Made by a program: the position numbers and the translations under genes. Positions 24,002 through 35,860 of a stretch of DNA of 64,000 bases are shown in pieces. The stretch is taken from assembly GCF_006345805.1 (NCBI RefSeq), contig NC_043005.1, forward strand, positions 29,078,001-29,142,000. Direction: 5' to 3'. The DNA is from Octopus sinensis. Its lineage: Eukaryota. A model generated the notes under the pieces. That model saw only the letters and a list, made by a program, of their open reading frames with translations. It did no database searches and was not told the origin of the DNA. The stretch's first letter is position 1; the number at the start of each line of letters is the position of its first letter.

Positions 24002-25103
24002 CTACAAACAGATTTATATATAAAACATATATTTACATACAAAACATATATTTTAAATATAAGACATCATCATTTAATGTCCATGTTCCCTGTTGGTATG
24101 GGTAGGACAGTTTGACAAAGATCCAATGGATCCAACGACCACACTATGCTCCAATGTCTGCTTTGGCATGGTTTCTATGGCTCGATGCCAGTCCTAAACA
24201 TCAACCATACTGTTTTCTGGGTGCTTTTTTATGCTACCAGCACTAGTGAGGTTACCACGCAATTTGTAAAACAATGAACCCCGAGTGAAGCAGCAGCTTT
24301 AAGCTGGGAGATGAAGTGTTGAAGTATGAAAGAAGGGACCAGAGCAGAACAGGTTTCTTGCCGCAAAGGAGTTACATGACTACTCACTTTTTAGAAGAGA
24401 AGGTGGGAGTGGTTGGGTGGAACTGGAGAGATACACACACACACAAAATGGGCTTCTTTCAGTTTTTGTCTACCAAAGATGCATGTTTATGTATAAGATA
24501 CGTTTTTATATATATATTATATATATGATTATATATAAAATGTGTGTGTGTGTGTGTGAGAAAAGTACTCAATACATTATACTAGAGTATATTTGACTTG
24601 TTTGAAGCTTATGATTGACTGTCACTATTCTGAATGATGCCACTACTCACACATTGACGAGAGTTGTGATAGAATAAATACATATTAAATATAAAAAAAG
24701 GATGAAAATATTTGTTTGTTTTGCATCTTTTTTCCATACTGGCATGGGTTAGATGCAAATGTTATTAAGGTTTTGTTTTACAACCTGATGCCTTTGCTGT
24801 TGTTAACCCATACTTGGTTTTCAAGTATGGGATCTCTTATTTCACATAACTTTGAATGCACAATATCAGTGGATGATTGTTGATAGGGGAAATGGCAACA
24901 TCATTGCTTGTAGCAACAGGATACAGAGAAGTAGAAGTGTACACACGCACACACAATGGGCTTCTTTCAGCTTTCATCCATTAAATCCCCCCACGCCTGG
25001 GGCTATAGTAGAAAACATTTGCCCAAGATGCCACACACTGGACAACCAAGGGGTTGGGAGAGGGAATATGTTTCTAAATTTCAATTGAAACTTTCTGATT
25101 TAC

Positions 25104-25258
25104 CTTCACTATTGCCTTATAAATGTTTCGGTTCTCTTCTCGTCTTGCAAAGTTACGGAGAAAAATCAAGAAATTACAGGGATACATTCCATACAGACGG
25201 TAGAAAAAAGCATACAGAGCTGCTTTCAAATGTATAACAAAGATTTTGGGAACGCTTC
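25104..25258 (-). CDS. TSC1: TSC1 coding exon 5 (...HLKAALYAFFYRLYGMYPCNFLIFLR...)
   Basis: 155 nt; hallmark RLYGMYPCNF motif. Confidence 0.97.
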
Positions 25259-25956
25259 CTGCAAGACAAAGAAAGAATTCTATTATGAAAGGCAAAGGGA
25301 TTAAGGAAATTTGAGAGTCAACAGGAAGTTTACAAAGAAATATTTTGATTTTATTGCAAGTACATCAAATCTACTGCAAATCACATCTCATTGGTTTATG
25401 AATATATGTAAAAGGGAGACATCTCCATGAGAGCTAGACCTAGCAGAAATAACAGTCAAATATCCCTCAAATCACAACCCACAGTTTTATATATGTAAGA
25501 GGTAACAAGGGAAACTTCTTCAAGATAACTAAACATATTATAAAGAGCAGCCGAATCTCCCTCAAATCACATCAACAGTTTTATGCATACATGTATGTAT
25601 GAGCTAACAAGGGAACCATCTACATGGTAGTGAGACATATTAGAATAAACAACCAAAATTACTCAAATTATAAAACCCTACTGTTTTTAAATAAAGAAGG
25701 ATTCATTGGACAATAGATCCCTGATATACAAAGATACAGATTGGTCATAATTAGAACATCTTTGATCAAAGATCTGCTTTGACTAGGGCTGACCTTGGAC
25801 TAAATAACAACATCAGCAATGCCCTTAGCCATATCCAACACTAATCCCAGTATATCTTATACTATAACATTTTGTGCCCTAATTCCACTACAATCCCTAT
25901 ATTACATGAAGGGCAGGAGAAAGATGTGTAAATCTAAAAGCCTGACAAAATCTTAC

Positions 25957-26101
25957 CTGGCTTTTCACAGGTAAACTCTGCAACTCTGCCAAATATCTCA
26001 AAGAAGTCTGTAAGGTATGGCATTGTATGTTTTGGTAAGACAGGCATGAGGGCGGAGAGAATGGTTAAGCCAGTCATCAAGACAGGAACATCGGTGTCGG
26101 T
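25957..26101 (-). CDS. TSC1: TSC1 coding exon 4 (TDTDVPVLMTGLTILSALMPVLP...LTDFFEIFGRVA...)
   Basis: 145 nt, ctacag/gtaaga; matches human [22 protein letters not shown]...LLDFFDIFGRL. Confidence 0.94.
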
Positions 26102-27065
26102 CTGTAGTGAGAAACATGGTTGGAATATATTGTAATAAAAAAAAACAAAAACAAACTTAAATAATTAAAAACAAATCAATGAGATTTAAAAAGCAAAAAA
26201 TAAATCTGTGTTTCTTATAGACACACCACAGTCCTTTGTAATCCTTGTTGATAATCTACTCTGATATGTCACATATGACTAACACTTTCAGTCAAACTGA
26301 TGAGGGACATGCTACTGGGTCACTCAGCCTGCTAGCAACAGCAGGCTAAGTGACCCAGTATTTTTCTCTTTATACCCAGCTATCTTAAAACAGGATACAT
26401 TAGATCATGCACCCTATTAACACTATGTTTTAAAATAAGACAAGATGATCACAACTGGAATGTCAATGATTATAAATTTGCTGAATAAAATCAGACCAAG
26501 AGCTAAACAAAAACGTTTAAGCCTTCCCTGTCAATTATTTTCTATTTGTACCATGACACATAATTAGAGGAAATAATGCAGGACACACACACACATGTAT
26601 CTTAGATGATAAAGCTGTAATTCTATGTCTTAATGTCAAAGATGAATTGTTAAGATTATATTATAACCACATCACCACAGTGTATACATACATTGGCTAA
26701 AACAATATTTTAGAGCATTCACATACAATTCATAATTTAATTGTGCTCCAGCTATTTCATTAACAATAAACATCATTAATTCCATAATTAACATGCATAA
26801 CTAATTAATTTAAAAGCAATGTTTATCTAAATCATTTATGTGTTATATTAATGGTTCCTGATTAACACATTACTCTTAATTAGAGTCAACGTCACTTATA
26901 AATAAGTTTAAATTATATATCTTAATTTGGTAATTATGAGATTTTGTAATTAACGATGTTTATTGTTAATGACACACCTGTTGTGCACAATTAAATTATG
27001 ACCTATGTTTAAAAAATTTAGACTTTTCTGCTTTTTATCCTAAACATGCTCTAAAGGATCATTTT

Positions 27066-28222
27066 AATAATAATAATAATAATAATTGTGTACAGTGCTC
27101 AGGTGCACTACAACTCATCTAAAGTGTATATATAATCAGGTGTAGTTTCGACGGATTTCGGGAAGCATGAGGGCCTTAAAGGATGCAGTGTCATGGCAGT
27201 CAACAACTGATGCAGGCAGTTTATTCCACGCTTCAGCAACCCTGAGCGTGAAAAAATGTTTCCGAAAGTCATGGGAGCTGTGCTGTTTTCTGACTTTGTA
27301 GGCATGTCCACGTGTGTTAGACACATGGAGATCAAAAAGGTGTTCAGTGTTGTTGTTGGTGAGGTGGTTGATAACCTTGTGGGTGTTTACCAAGTCCGTC
27401 GCTAGACGCCGGAGCTTCAGTGAATCCATGCCCAGGGAAACAAGGCGCTCAGAATATGGTAGGTGTCTGATGGAGGGTATGCGTTTGGTTGCACGTCTCT
27501 GGACAGATTCCAGGAGGTCAATGTTCTGAGCAAGATAGGGATTCCAAACTGATGATGCGAATTCCAAGTGTGGTCGTACCATAGCTGTATACAGTTTTAA
27601 ATAGATGGCTGGAGAGCGGCTAACAAAAGTCTTGCTGAGTGATGCCAAGACACCCTCGGCCTTCTTGACAATTTTAGAGATATGCTTTGTCCAACGCAAA
27701 TCACTGCTGACAGTGATGCCTAGGTCACGCTCGCAAGAGGATTTCTTGATATCAGTGTTGTGGAGGGAGTATGTGGACGCAGGGTTTTTTCTCCCAAAAT
27801 GCATGGTGGTACACTTGTCCACAGCCAGTTTCAGTTGCCAGTCTGTGATCCATTGCGTCTAGGTCTGATTGCAGGAAAGAGTTGTAGACATCAGGATCAG
27901 TCCTCTTGATTTCAAGGTACAGCTTGATGTCGTCTGCATATTTCAATACTGTGGCATTCTTTAAATTGGCATCTATGTCATTAATGTATGCCACAAACAG
28001 GAGGGGACCAAGGACAGATCCCTGTGGTACACCCGATGACATCTCATATGGTGTAGAGTGCTGTCCTAGAACTGTGACTACCTCCTTTCGGCTGAGGATG
28101 AAGGATTTCAACCAGTTAAAAAGGTCATCCCCCACACCCATTGCAGAGAGTTTCACCATAAGCCTTTTGTGTGGCACAGAGTTGAAAGCCTTAGCAAAGT
28201 CAAGGTAGACAACATCCACCCA
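27066..28222 (-). mobile_element. 5'-truncated CR1/L2-clade LINE (RT domain plus 3' end, (ATT)n tail) in a TSC1 intron
   Basis: YLDFAKAFNSVPH, SGVPQGSVLGPLLF, YADD, AWNKLP motifs; one frameshift near 27855; tail at 27066-27088. Confidence 0.95.
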
Positions 28223-28406
28223 TGATTCTGTATAAAAATGCAAATTTGTTTCACCTGGATTTATTGTATTAGAGTTTAACAAGCTCTTAATTATCATGGA
28301 TATATTTTTTGATGTTTGTACATAAATTACTTCTATATAAATATAGTGTGTATATTGTAAATAATATTTATATCTACACTATTCACTTCATCTTTAGAAT
28401 GTGTGT

Positions 28407-28645
28407 GTATATATATATATTATATATATATATATATACAAGCAACATATCTTATCATTGATCTCCCTCATCTTTATTAAAGGCAAAAATATACATCTGT
28501 ACTATTAACCTTGTTTAAGGCATGTATATATATATATATATATTATATATATATATATACAAGCAACATATCTTATCATTGATCTCCCTCATCTTTATTA
28601 AAGGCAAAAATATACATCTGTACTATTAACCTTGTTTAAGGCATG

Positions 28646-28690
<45 letters not shown>
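28407..28690. repeat. 121-bp direct tandem duplication embedded in (TA)n
   Basis: agcaacatatc...taaggcatgtatata occurs at 28441 and 28562 and looks identical. Confidence 0.9.
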
Positions 28691-28691
<1 letters not shown>

Positions 28692-29151
28692 TGTAAACAA
28701 TATTAATCTATACCCTATGCTTTGATTGGTTTGATCATCAATGCAGTAGTGACACAATGGCTTAGAACTTTACTGGAGAAATGAATAAATTCAGCTTGGG
28801 GATATGTTTTCTTCTTCAAGAAGCCACAACCGAGATGCATTTCACAGTTCCATACCAGGATTCCCCATTAGCTTCAATAGATTCTCAATTTCATGCTGTC
28901 TGTCTCTACCAATAACATCAATGTAGTTAAATGACCTTTGTCCTTTATTAGGGAGTGGAAGTCTTCAAAATATAACATCCAATATGGATTGTTGGTCAGC
29001 ATAGTAGAAGAGGACAGCAAAGCTTACCCTGCATTGAGCAATCAAGTAAAGATGGGTGGAATATGTCTGTAAATCTCTTCTTTGATCTACATTTGATATG
29101 TCTTGTACAACATTGAAATGGATAAAGGGGAAAAAAGGAAGTAAAACTAAC

Positions 29152-29304
29152 CTTAACACACTTGATGATGTCATAGAAAAGATTTGCGTTTCCAATCTGG
29201 TAGAGCCATTGTGGTTCTTCACCGACAGCATACAGTACAATTCTAAGAATTGGCAAGCGGTGGTCTGGGAATTTCATACTCTCATGTAGCTTGTCCAGCA
29301 ATAC
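29152..29304 (-). CDS. TSC1: TSC1 coding exon 3 (VLLDKLHESMKFPDHRLPILR...EPQWLYQIGNANLFYDIIKCVK)
   Basis: 153 nt, phase 0/0, hamartin homology. Confidence 0.93.
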
Positions 29305-29766
29305 CTTTAGTGAGATCAACAGCACAGCCATATGGTAAAGAATCAGGCAGCAGTAGAACATACATGTTAACATATGGAAAATAGAAATAACAATACCACA
29401 TGAGATATGGCAGAATGTCAATATCTGCTATGTCCCATCAATATCATATGGTAACAATATCACATGGTGAAATATCTAAGCCATGTGATAACAATACAGC
29501 CTAGTAACCATACCAAATGGAAGGATGTCATTAACATACAATAAAGCATCAATATCATGTAAGAATTTTCCTACATGGCAAGATAATAGTGATTGATAGA
29601 ATAACATTTAGAATATGATGGCATCTTATTGCCACATGATATTATCAAGTGGTATTAATATATTTATGTCACATAACAATACAACATGGTAAGATAGTTA
29701 TTAGAATAACAGGTAGAATAGAGCTCCTTAACAACCATTATTGCAACCAGAGAAGCTAGTACTGAC

Positions 29767-29870
29767 CTTTTCATGTTGTTTGTTAATGGCAGACAACATC
29801 TTAAGAGCCTCATCAGAATGTGTACTGAGGTAGTAGTCAAGTAGACCTGATACCATCCAGGATTCTTTGG
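29767..29870 (-). CDS. TSC1: TSC1 coding exon 2 (KESWMVSGLLDYYLSTHSDEALKMLSAINKQHEK)
   Basis: 104 nt, tttcag/gtcagt; similar to human [34 protein letters not shown]. Confidence 0.93.
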
Positions 29871-31061
29871 CTGAAATAAAATGATACATCATCATAAGCA
29901 TTGTTTTAACGTCCATTCTCCTATGTTTGCATGGGGTAGATGGAATTTTGTTTTGGTAGGTTTTCTACAGCAGGATGCACTTCCTGTTGCTAATTTTCCT
30001 GTTTCCAAGTAACATAATATTTCCCCATGGACGGACGCATTTTCACAAATGACACTGCTTTTGTAACAGTGATGCTTGTTTACAATTATCAAGTGGTGTC
30101 AAGACAAGAAAACACACACACACACGACAGGCTTCTTTTAGTTTTTGTTAAGAAAATCTACTGACAAGGCCTTGGTTGGTCTAAGGCTGCAGCAGAAGAG
30201 ATTACCTAAGGTGCAATGTTGTGAACTGAGCCTGCAACCATGTGGTTTGGAAGCAAACTTCTTAAGCATACAGCCATACCTGTGCCTATACATATTCTTT
30301 TATTTGTTTCAGTCATTTGACTGCGGCCACGCTGGGGCACTGCCTTTAGTCAAACAAATCGACCCCAGAATTATGGGGACGTAAACACACCAACATTGGT
30401 TGTTAAGCGATGGTGGGAGGACAAACACACACACACACACACACACATATATATCATTATCTTTTATTAAACTTTTAATACTTTTGATATATATTTAAAA
30501 TAATATAAATTAATTAATTTTATGTATTGGCTTAAGTTTTTCATTGTTTGATTTGCCTAATAGTGGTTTTATCTCTAATTTAATATAATATATATATATA
30601 TATATGACGGGCTTCTTTCAGTTTCTGTCTACTAGATCCACTGACAAGACTTTGGTCAGCCCAAGGCTATAGTACAAGATACTTGCCCAAGGTGCCACGC
30701 AGTGGGACTGAACCCGGAACTATGTGATTGGGAAGCAAGCTACTCACCACACAGCCACTTCTATATACATAAAATCATAAGTGTAGAATTGTATGAATAT
30801 AATTCAATTTGTATTGACTTGGCTTTTGAAACATTTTCATCAATATATATTTATCTGATGGTATCATCATCATCATTTAATGTCCTTTCCATGCTGGCAT
30901 GGCTTGGACGGTTTGACTGAGGACTGGCAAGCCAGGAGACTGCACCAGGCTCCAATCTGATCTGGCAATGTTTCTGTATATTAATGTCAATTGATTTGCA
31001 GATCTTACCTCTAGTGCCCTTGACATGATGACCTCTGGTCTATTTACTTCAATTGCTTGGT

Positions 31062-31440
31062 CTTACAACTAAAGCAAGAAGACCAGATATGATTATAGAG
31101 GACAAAATATACAAAGAGTGGAAGATCATAGATTTTGCAATTCCCTATGGTAACAGAGTTGATACAAAAGAAATTGAAAAAATACCAGAAATATCAGGAT
31201 CTGGCCAGGGAGTTGAGGAGTCTGCAGGAAAGTAAAACAACAATTTTTCCTGTGGTTATTGGTGGACTTGGCACAACACCTGAAATGCTGCCTAAGAGAC
31301 TGATACAGATTGGAACTGAAACGCACTTGAGTGTGGCAGCAAGGAGCATGCAGGACAAAACACAACAGTGTTGCCAATAGCCGCATGCAGTTTCCCTGCA
31401 TTCCCAGCACTTTGGAGACATTGTTTGGGATTACTGTTGT
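31062..31440 (+). mobile_element. R4/Dong-like non-LTR retrotransposon C-terminal restriction-like endonuclease fragment
   Basis: RRPDMII...IIDFAIPYGNRVDTKEIEK and KYQDLAREL...FPVVIGGLG, in two frames. Confidence 0.75.
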
Positions 31441-31827
31441 AAAAACTTGTTTCTTCTTATGGAATATGAAGATGGCAATAGACCTAAAAAGTTAAATTAA
31501 TAAAAGAATATTTATTTCTACACATGTGCACAGTATTGGAATATATTTTCTATCATCAACTACTACAGCAACCACACTTAACCACTATAACAACCACACT
31601 ATTACTCAAGCTTCTTTACAATTAATTCTAAAGCTACCATACAACCACTATAGTCACAACTGCAGCAGCCATGCACACCAAACTAACAGATCAAAGAAAC
31701 TGTTGAAATGCAAAACATGTGCAATAACAGTAATAGTGTACAAGAACAAAGTAGAGAGAGAGAGAGAGAGGAGGAGAGAGAGAGAGAGAAAGGAGGAGAG
31801 AGAAAGAGGGAGAGGTGAATAACTCAC

Positions 31828-31987
31828 TTGTATGCAGGTTTTCTTGTATAAGCTGTCGGGTTTGACTGACCACAGCCAGATCATTATTGTCCAAGAGATT
31901 AAACAATTGTTTGACATTTACTTCGTGCACAGTTGAAGAACTGCAGGCAATGTTACTGTGACACTCTGTAGCCATTCTGTCTGGCAT
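31828..31987 (-). CDS. TSC1: TSC1 (hamartin) coding exon 1 (MPDRMATECH...VKQLFNLLDNNDLAVVSQTRQLIQENLHT)
   Basis: Hamartin N-terminal similarity; gtgagt donor, phase 1; exon acceptor probably at 32025/32026; start could be M1 or M5. Confidence 0.88.
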
Positions 31988-32086
31988 TCTAGCTCACGTG
32001 ACACACTCGGTAGCAGCAAAGACAGCTAGAAACAAAGAGACAACAACAACAATAATAATAATAATAATAATGATAAAAAACATCAC

Positions 32087-32152
32087 CCACAACATGTACT
32101 CCCATAACAAAAGAAACGGATGCAACACAATACCAGGAAGAGTTTGTCCTCC
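32087..32152 (-). other. Candidate non-coding 5' UTR exon of TSC1
   Basis: ttttttgttgttgcag acceptor and gtgatg donor; 66 nt; leaves only a 61-nt intron before the ATG exon. Confidence 0.35.
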
Positions 32153-32635
32153 CTGCAACAACAAAAAAGAACACACAATGCTGCACATACCCCCCAGCAA
32201 CATGGAGGAGTAGCAGGTGGTGCAGCCGAAATCTGCCTGAAACTATCAAATGTTGAATAATATAATAATAATAATCTTTCTACTCCAGGCATAAGGCCTC
32301 AATTTTCTGAGGGGAGGGGGTTGGTGATTACATCGACCCCCCTGTCCTCAACTGGGACTTATTTCATTGGCCCCAGAAGGACAAAAGGCAAAGTATTGGT
32401 GGACAGATGGAAAGCCGCTAAGCATTTTACCTGGCATGCTAAGGGTTCTGCCAGCTCACCACCTTAAAAAATAATAATTATTTAATTTTTTTATTCATTT
32501 CAGTCATTTGACTCTGGCCATGCTGGAGCACTGCGTTGAAGGATTTTAGTCCAAGGTGTCCTGCAGTGGGACTGAACCTGGAACCATGTGGTTGGGAAGA
32601 AAGATTCTTACCACACAGCCATGGCTGCACCTAAA

Positions 32636-32664
<29 letters not shown>

Positions 32665-32669
<5 letters not shown>

Positions 32670-32890
32670 CAATGGTCTCAAATTTTGCCATAAGGGCAGT
32701 CATTTTGGGGGAGGGGATGAGTCGATTACATCGACCCCAGTGTTTCACTAGTTCTTAATTTATTGACCCCGAAAGAATAAAAGGCAAAGTTGACCGTCAC
32801 AGTATTTGAACTCAGAACATGAAGACAGATGAAATACTGCTAAGAATTTCGCCTGTTGTGCTAACGATTCTGCCATCTTGCAGCCTTAAT
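32665..32890 (-). mobile_element. tRNA-derived SINE family C (gtcgattacatcgacccc) with (AAT)n flank
   Basis: Further copies at about 1.52-1.72, 4.50-4.70, 32.27-32.47, 33.6, 39.6-39.9, 45.9-46.1 and 62.48-62.62 kb. Confidence 0.72.
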
Positions 32891-33094
32891 AAGTAATAAC
32901 AATAATTTCTAATTTAGATACAAGATGAGTGATTTTAGGGGAGGGACTGGTCAACTACACTGACCCCCAATATTTGGCTGGTACTTTACTGACCCTAGAG
33001 CATAAAGAGCCATTATTAAATATTATAAAGAATTTTTACACTCAATTCTGTCAAATCACCACCTATAATAATAATAACAACAACAACACCACAT

Positions 33095-33578
33095 TGTTTT
33101 GTCTTGGTATAAAAGAAGGGCTACAGTAAATATTCTGCTCAATACCACAGATTTGCTTGTCAGCTGTTTGACCGTAACTGGTTGAACATGTCCCTTAGTG
33201 GCTGACGATATGTGCATCTCTGATCATGAGTAGAAGCAGTGGGGGAGCATCATAGCCATGTGCTGAGAATTCTTTGGGATTTGAATAATTCACCTTTGGA
33301 AACATGGGTGTTTCCTTCATCATCCTTAAACAACTCTTATTCAGGGACCTCTTGGGTGGAATAGGCTACTTGACCTGAAGAAAATTCTAACTGGGCCCCA
33401 CCTGCAAGGTCATGTACTGTTTATCTTGATATGAGATCACAGTGTCATGCATATATGGTTGTGATGCATGTGCCTGGTGTACCCTTATCAGACGAATAGT
33501 CATGAAGGGTATACTGGGCTTCACATGTTTTACTCCAGTGTCACTATGATGGCTTGCACTGCTCTCTCATTCAATAAT
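33095..33578 (+). mobile_element. (AAT)-flanked interspersed repeat, probably the 3' region of a non-LTR element
   Basis: GC-richer block bounded by (AAT/AAC)n and ending ctctctcattcaataat; family not identified. Confidence 0.4.
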
Positions 33579-33789
33579 GATGGTTTTTAATTTAGGCCAG
33601 CAATTTTGAAAAGAAGTTAATTAATACTTTTGATCTTCGTACTTGACTGGTACTTTAAAAGCAAAATTGACCATTGTGGGATTTGAACTCAAAATTTAAA
33701 AAGCCAAAAGCAACAGGCATTTTGTCTGATACTCTAATGATTCAGCCAGCTCACCACTATGTTTCTGATTTAGGCACAAAGTAAGCAAT

Positions 33790-34020
33790 TTGAACCTTTT
33801 AGCATTCAAATTGCTTTGTCAAATGTAATACTTATTTATTCATATTGTTTTGAATTACTCATGCATGGTGTTATAACTTTGAGATTTCAATGATGTGATT
33901 GCATATCTTTTGAATAACATTGAAGGGTAGACATGAGATGCTGGATCTGGCCAGTCTGAATAACATTAAACAGGTAGAATATTTAGGCCAGATATGGCTC
34001 GTTTAAATGCTAAAGGGTTA
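33790..34020. mobile_element. piggyBac-like MITE, second family
   Basis: Termini aaccttttagcatt / aatgctaaagggtta; TTAA sites degraded. Confidence 0.6.
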
Positions 34021-34924
34021 GGAGATGGGGTTTTCTCAACCCTCAAATATGAAGAGAGGAAAGCAGGTGGACCATTAAGGATAGTTGGTGAGATATTGAA
34101 AATATCATGTCCAGTGGAAGAGTATTAGCTTAGACGAAATGCAGTTTGTGCGACAAATTAGAGAAGAACAAAAAACAAGCGACTACATTTAACATTCATT
34201 GACTTGGTAGAAGGCCTGTGATACTAAGGGAAGTGGGTGCAGATTAGATGGCTTCTGGGAGCCATCTAATGTACAGAGATGGTGTCAACAAGTGAGAGTT
34301 GGCAAGGGTTTAGCGAGAAATTTAATAAGTATAGGGGCCCATCAGGTTTCATTTCTCAAGGCCTTCCTCTCAGTTATACTACTCCAGGCCAGAACAGTTT
34401 AAAATTTGTTATTGTTACACACTGGTGACCTAATATTAGAGATGAATTTGCTGAAGGTTAAAAGAAAATTCCAAATGTGGAAGAAAGCAATGGAATCAAT
34501 ATGTCTTGAAGTAAATCTGGTAAAGTGAAAAGTTTTGGCTTGCAGCAAAGAAAACAGGACACTACTGCAATAGCCAAAGTGATACAGAAGAAGGATTTTG
34601 TATGTAATAGATGAAGAAGAGTAGTTGATAAGAGCAAATCATCACAATTATTTAATATCCACTTTTCCATGTTTGTATGGGTAAAATGGAATTTGTTGAG
34701 ACAGGTTTTATACAGCTTGGTGCTCTCCTTGTTGCCAACTTTCATTTGTTATCGACCAGGATAATGTTTTCCCGTGGCAAGACATATTTTTCATGGAACT
34801 TTGAAAACGAATGATATTGTTTACAACAATTAAGTGATGTTGAGATAAGGGTACACACACACACACACGTAGATGTTATATATATATAGTCTGATGGATG
34901 TGTAATGTCAGTGTGCATACTCGA

Positions 34925-35860
34925 CAGAGTACCTTGAGAGAAAAGTTGGACCTAAGAAGCATCAGATGTGGTGTGCAAGAGAGATGACTGCACTGGTATG
35001 GACATGTAGTGAGAATGGATGAGGATAGCTGTGTGAAAAAGTGCCACACCCTAGCAGTTGAGGGAACCTGTGGAAGAGGTAGATCCAGAAAGACCTGGGA
35101 TGAAGTGGTGAAGCACGACTTTCAAACTTTAGGCCTCACCAAGGAAATGACTAGTGACCGAGACCTTTGGAAATATGCTGTGCTTGAGAAGACCCGGCAA
35201 GCCAAATGAGACCATAACCTCGTGGCCTATGCCAGGGGTGTAACCACCCCACTTGTGCGTACCTTTTCCTTCTTTGGACACTAAGCTCTGCTTGCGAAGA
35301 CCTGTTGAGGCAAGTGAAATCAAAATCAAAATCAAAGTGAAATTTGATGACGGGCACGAGCACCATACGAGCGCGATCGTTGACAGAGCAGCTAACCGGC
35401 TTCCGTGCCAGTGGCACATAAAAGGCACCATTCAAGTGTGATCGTTACCAGCATCGCCTTACTGGCACTAGTGCCCCATGCTAGTAGGGTGCTATGAGCA
35501 CCATCCAAGCGTGATCGTTGCCAGAGCGGCTAACTGGCTTATGTGCCCGTGGCATGTAAGAGGCACCATTCGATGGGATCGTTACCAGCATCGCCTTACT
35601 GGCACCTGTGCCGTTTGCATGTGTAAAAGATTCGAGCGAGGTCGTTGCCAGTACCACCTGACTGGCCCCCGTGCCAGTGGCATGTAAAAGCACCCACTAC
35701 ACTCTCGGAGTGGTTGGCATTAGGAAGGGTATCCAGCTGTAGAAACTCTGCCAGATCAAGACTGGAGTCTGGTGCAGCCATCTGGTTTGCCAGCCTTTAG
35801 TCAAACCGTCCAACCCATGTTAGCATGGAAAGTGGACGTTAAACGATGATGATGATGATA
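34925..35860 (+). mobile_element. RTE 3' end with GC-rich tandem-repeat tail region
   Basis: RMDEDSCVKKCHTLAVEGTCGRGRSRKTWDEVV; internal ~55-nt repeats; (ATG)n tail. Confidence 0.8.

Noticed and set aside
31955-32015. Short imperfect duplication GCTAC.GAGTGT(GT)CAC around the TSC1 start codon
   Set aside because: Too short to distinguish from chance or ordinary slippage; no functional prediction.
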